A stretch of DNA of 32,000 nucleotides from Psychrobacter sp. DM4 (lineage in GTDB: Bacteria > Pseudomonadota > Gammaproteobacteria > Pseudomonadales > Moraxellaceae): NCBI RefSeq assembly GCF_051307035.1, contig NZ_CP195536.1:2730001-2762000 (forward strand). The letters are read 5' to 3'. How positions within the stretch are numbered: position 1 is the stretch's first letter; each line of letters begins with the position of its first letter. Position numbers and translations under genes: made by a program. Below the pieces are notes generated by a model, which saw only the letters and a list, made by a program, of their open reading frames with translations, was not told where the DNA came from and ran no database searches. Shown piece after piece: positions 30,998 to 32,000 of the stretch.

Positions 30998-31669
30998 ATG
31001 GCTGACACAAAAGGTATTTTAACCTCGCCTATTTTTGATAATAACCCTATTGCCTTACAGATCTTAGGTATCTGTTCGGCGCTAGCGGTGACAACCAACA
31101 TGTCCAACGCATTGGTTATGTGTGTGGCATTGACACTGGTGACAGCGTTTTCTAGTTTCTTTATCTCTATAATTCGCAAAAATATTCCCTCAAGTATTCG
31201 TATTATCGTGCAGATGACGATCATTGCTTCGCTAGTCATCTTGGTTGATCAGGTGCTCAAAGCGGTCGCTTATGATATCAGTAAAGGACTATCGGTATTC
31301 GTCGGTCTAATCATTACCAACTGTATCGTCATGGGTCGAGCTGAAGCCTTTGCGATGAGCAACCCACCCGTACCGAGCTTTTTGGATGGTATTGGTAATG
31401 GCCTTGGTTACTCTGCGGTACTATTATTTGTCGCGACTATTCGTGAAATATTAGGCTCGGGAACTTGGTTTGGCATCACTATTTTGCAGCCAGTATCAGA
31501 CGGCGGATGGTACTTACCAAACGGTCTACTACTATTGCCGCCATCTGCTTTCTTTATTATCGGTCTGTTCATTGCCATCGTACGTATTTGGAAACCTGAA
31601 CAAATCGAAGAAGCTGACTTTGTTATGAAGCCGCAATCTAAAGGCATGGCACACGGAGGCGGTCACTGA
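30998..31669 (+). CDS. nqrD: Na+-NQR subunit D
   Basis: [20 protein letters not shown] and [17 protein letters not shown] match NqrD/RnfE family blocks. Confidence 0.95.
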   Translation: MADTKGILTSPIFDNNPIALQILGICSALAVTTNMSNALVMCVALTLVTAFSSFFISIIRKNIPSSIRIIVQMTIIASLVILVDQVLKAVAYDISKGLSVFVGLIITNCIVMGRAEAFAMSNPPVPSFLDGIGNGLGYSAVLLFVATIREILGSGTWFGITILQPVSDGGWYLPNGLLLLPPSAFFIIGLFIAIVRIWKPEQIEEADFVMKPQSKGMAHGGGH

Positions 31670-32000
31670 TGGGACATTATGTTAGTTTATTTATAACCTC
31701 GGTCTTTATTGAGAATATGGCGCTAGCCTACTTCTTAGGTATGTGTACCTTTTTGGCCGTATCAAAAAAGGTCTCGACCGCTATTGGTCTTGGGGTTGCC
31801 GTCATCGTGGTTATGGTCATTACCGTACCGCTTAACAACTTGCTATTTCAGTTCATCCTAAAAGATGGTGCTCTAGGTTGGGCGGGCTTTCCCGGTATTG
31901 ATCTAAGTTTCTTAGGTTTACTGAGCTATATTGGTCTTATCGCTGCAACGGTTCAAATTCTAGAGATGTTTTTAGATAAGTTCGTACCCGCTCTCTACAA
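31669..32000 (+). CDS. nqrE: Na+-NQR subunit E (5' partial, runs off the window)
   Basis: Absent from the ORF track because it has no stop in the window. The ATG at 31669 overlaps the nqrD TGA (TGATG). Its translation [35 protein letters not shown] matches Vibrio NqrE ([35 protein letters not shown]). Confidence 0.9.
   Translation, partial: MGHYVSLFITSVFIENMALAYFLGMCTFLAVSKKVSTAIGLGVAVIVVMVITVPLNNLLFQFILKDGALGWAGFPGIDLSFLGLLSYIGLIAATVQILEMFLDKFVPALY

Overview
The window is mostly core chromosome of a gammaproteobacterium. The 16S sequence and gene content look like Moraxellaceae, probably Psychrobacter; this is recognition only and needs a BLAST check. Housekeeping content includes parE with a yqiA-like esterase upstream, thrS-infC, telA, rnr, hisA and a BON-MscS channel. 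It also includes nqrABCD plus the 5' part of nqrE. A complete minus-strand rrn operon (16S, tRNA-Ile, tRNA-Ala, 23S, 5S) has tandem near-consensus promoters. The unusual part is 7.9-11.2 kb, just past the 3' end of the rrn operon. There, the 5S-plus-terminator module occurs twice, as an intact copy and a degenerate copy. The two copies bracket an oppositely oriented catalase-related heme protein gene. The degenerate 5S is split by a ~65-nt two-hairpin repeat. A second copy of that repeat lies in the tRNA-Ala/tRNA-Ile spacer of the same operon, and the two copies differ by compensatory stem changes. Directly beyond the degenerate 5S is a strongly AT-rich single-gene islet. It encodes a 399-aa protein with a Toprim-type catalytic signature (TEG...D, then DND) behind an unrecognised N-terminal domain. 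I consider this the best candidate for an uncharacterised single-gene conflict or defence nuclease. No CRISPR array, transposase or integrase was seen. All homology calls rest on motif recognition by eye; no searches were run.
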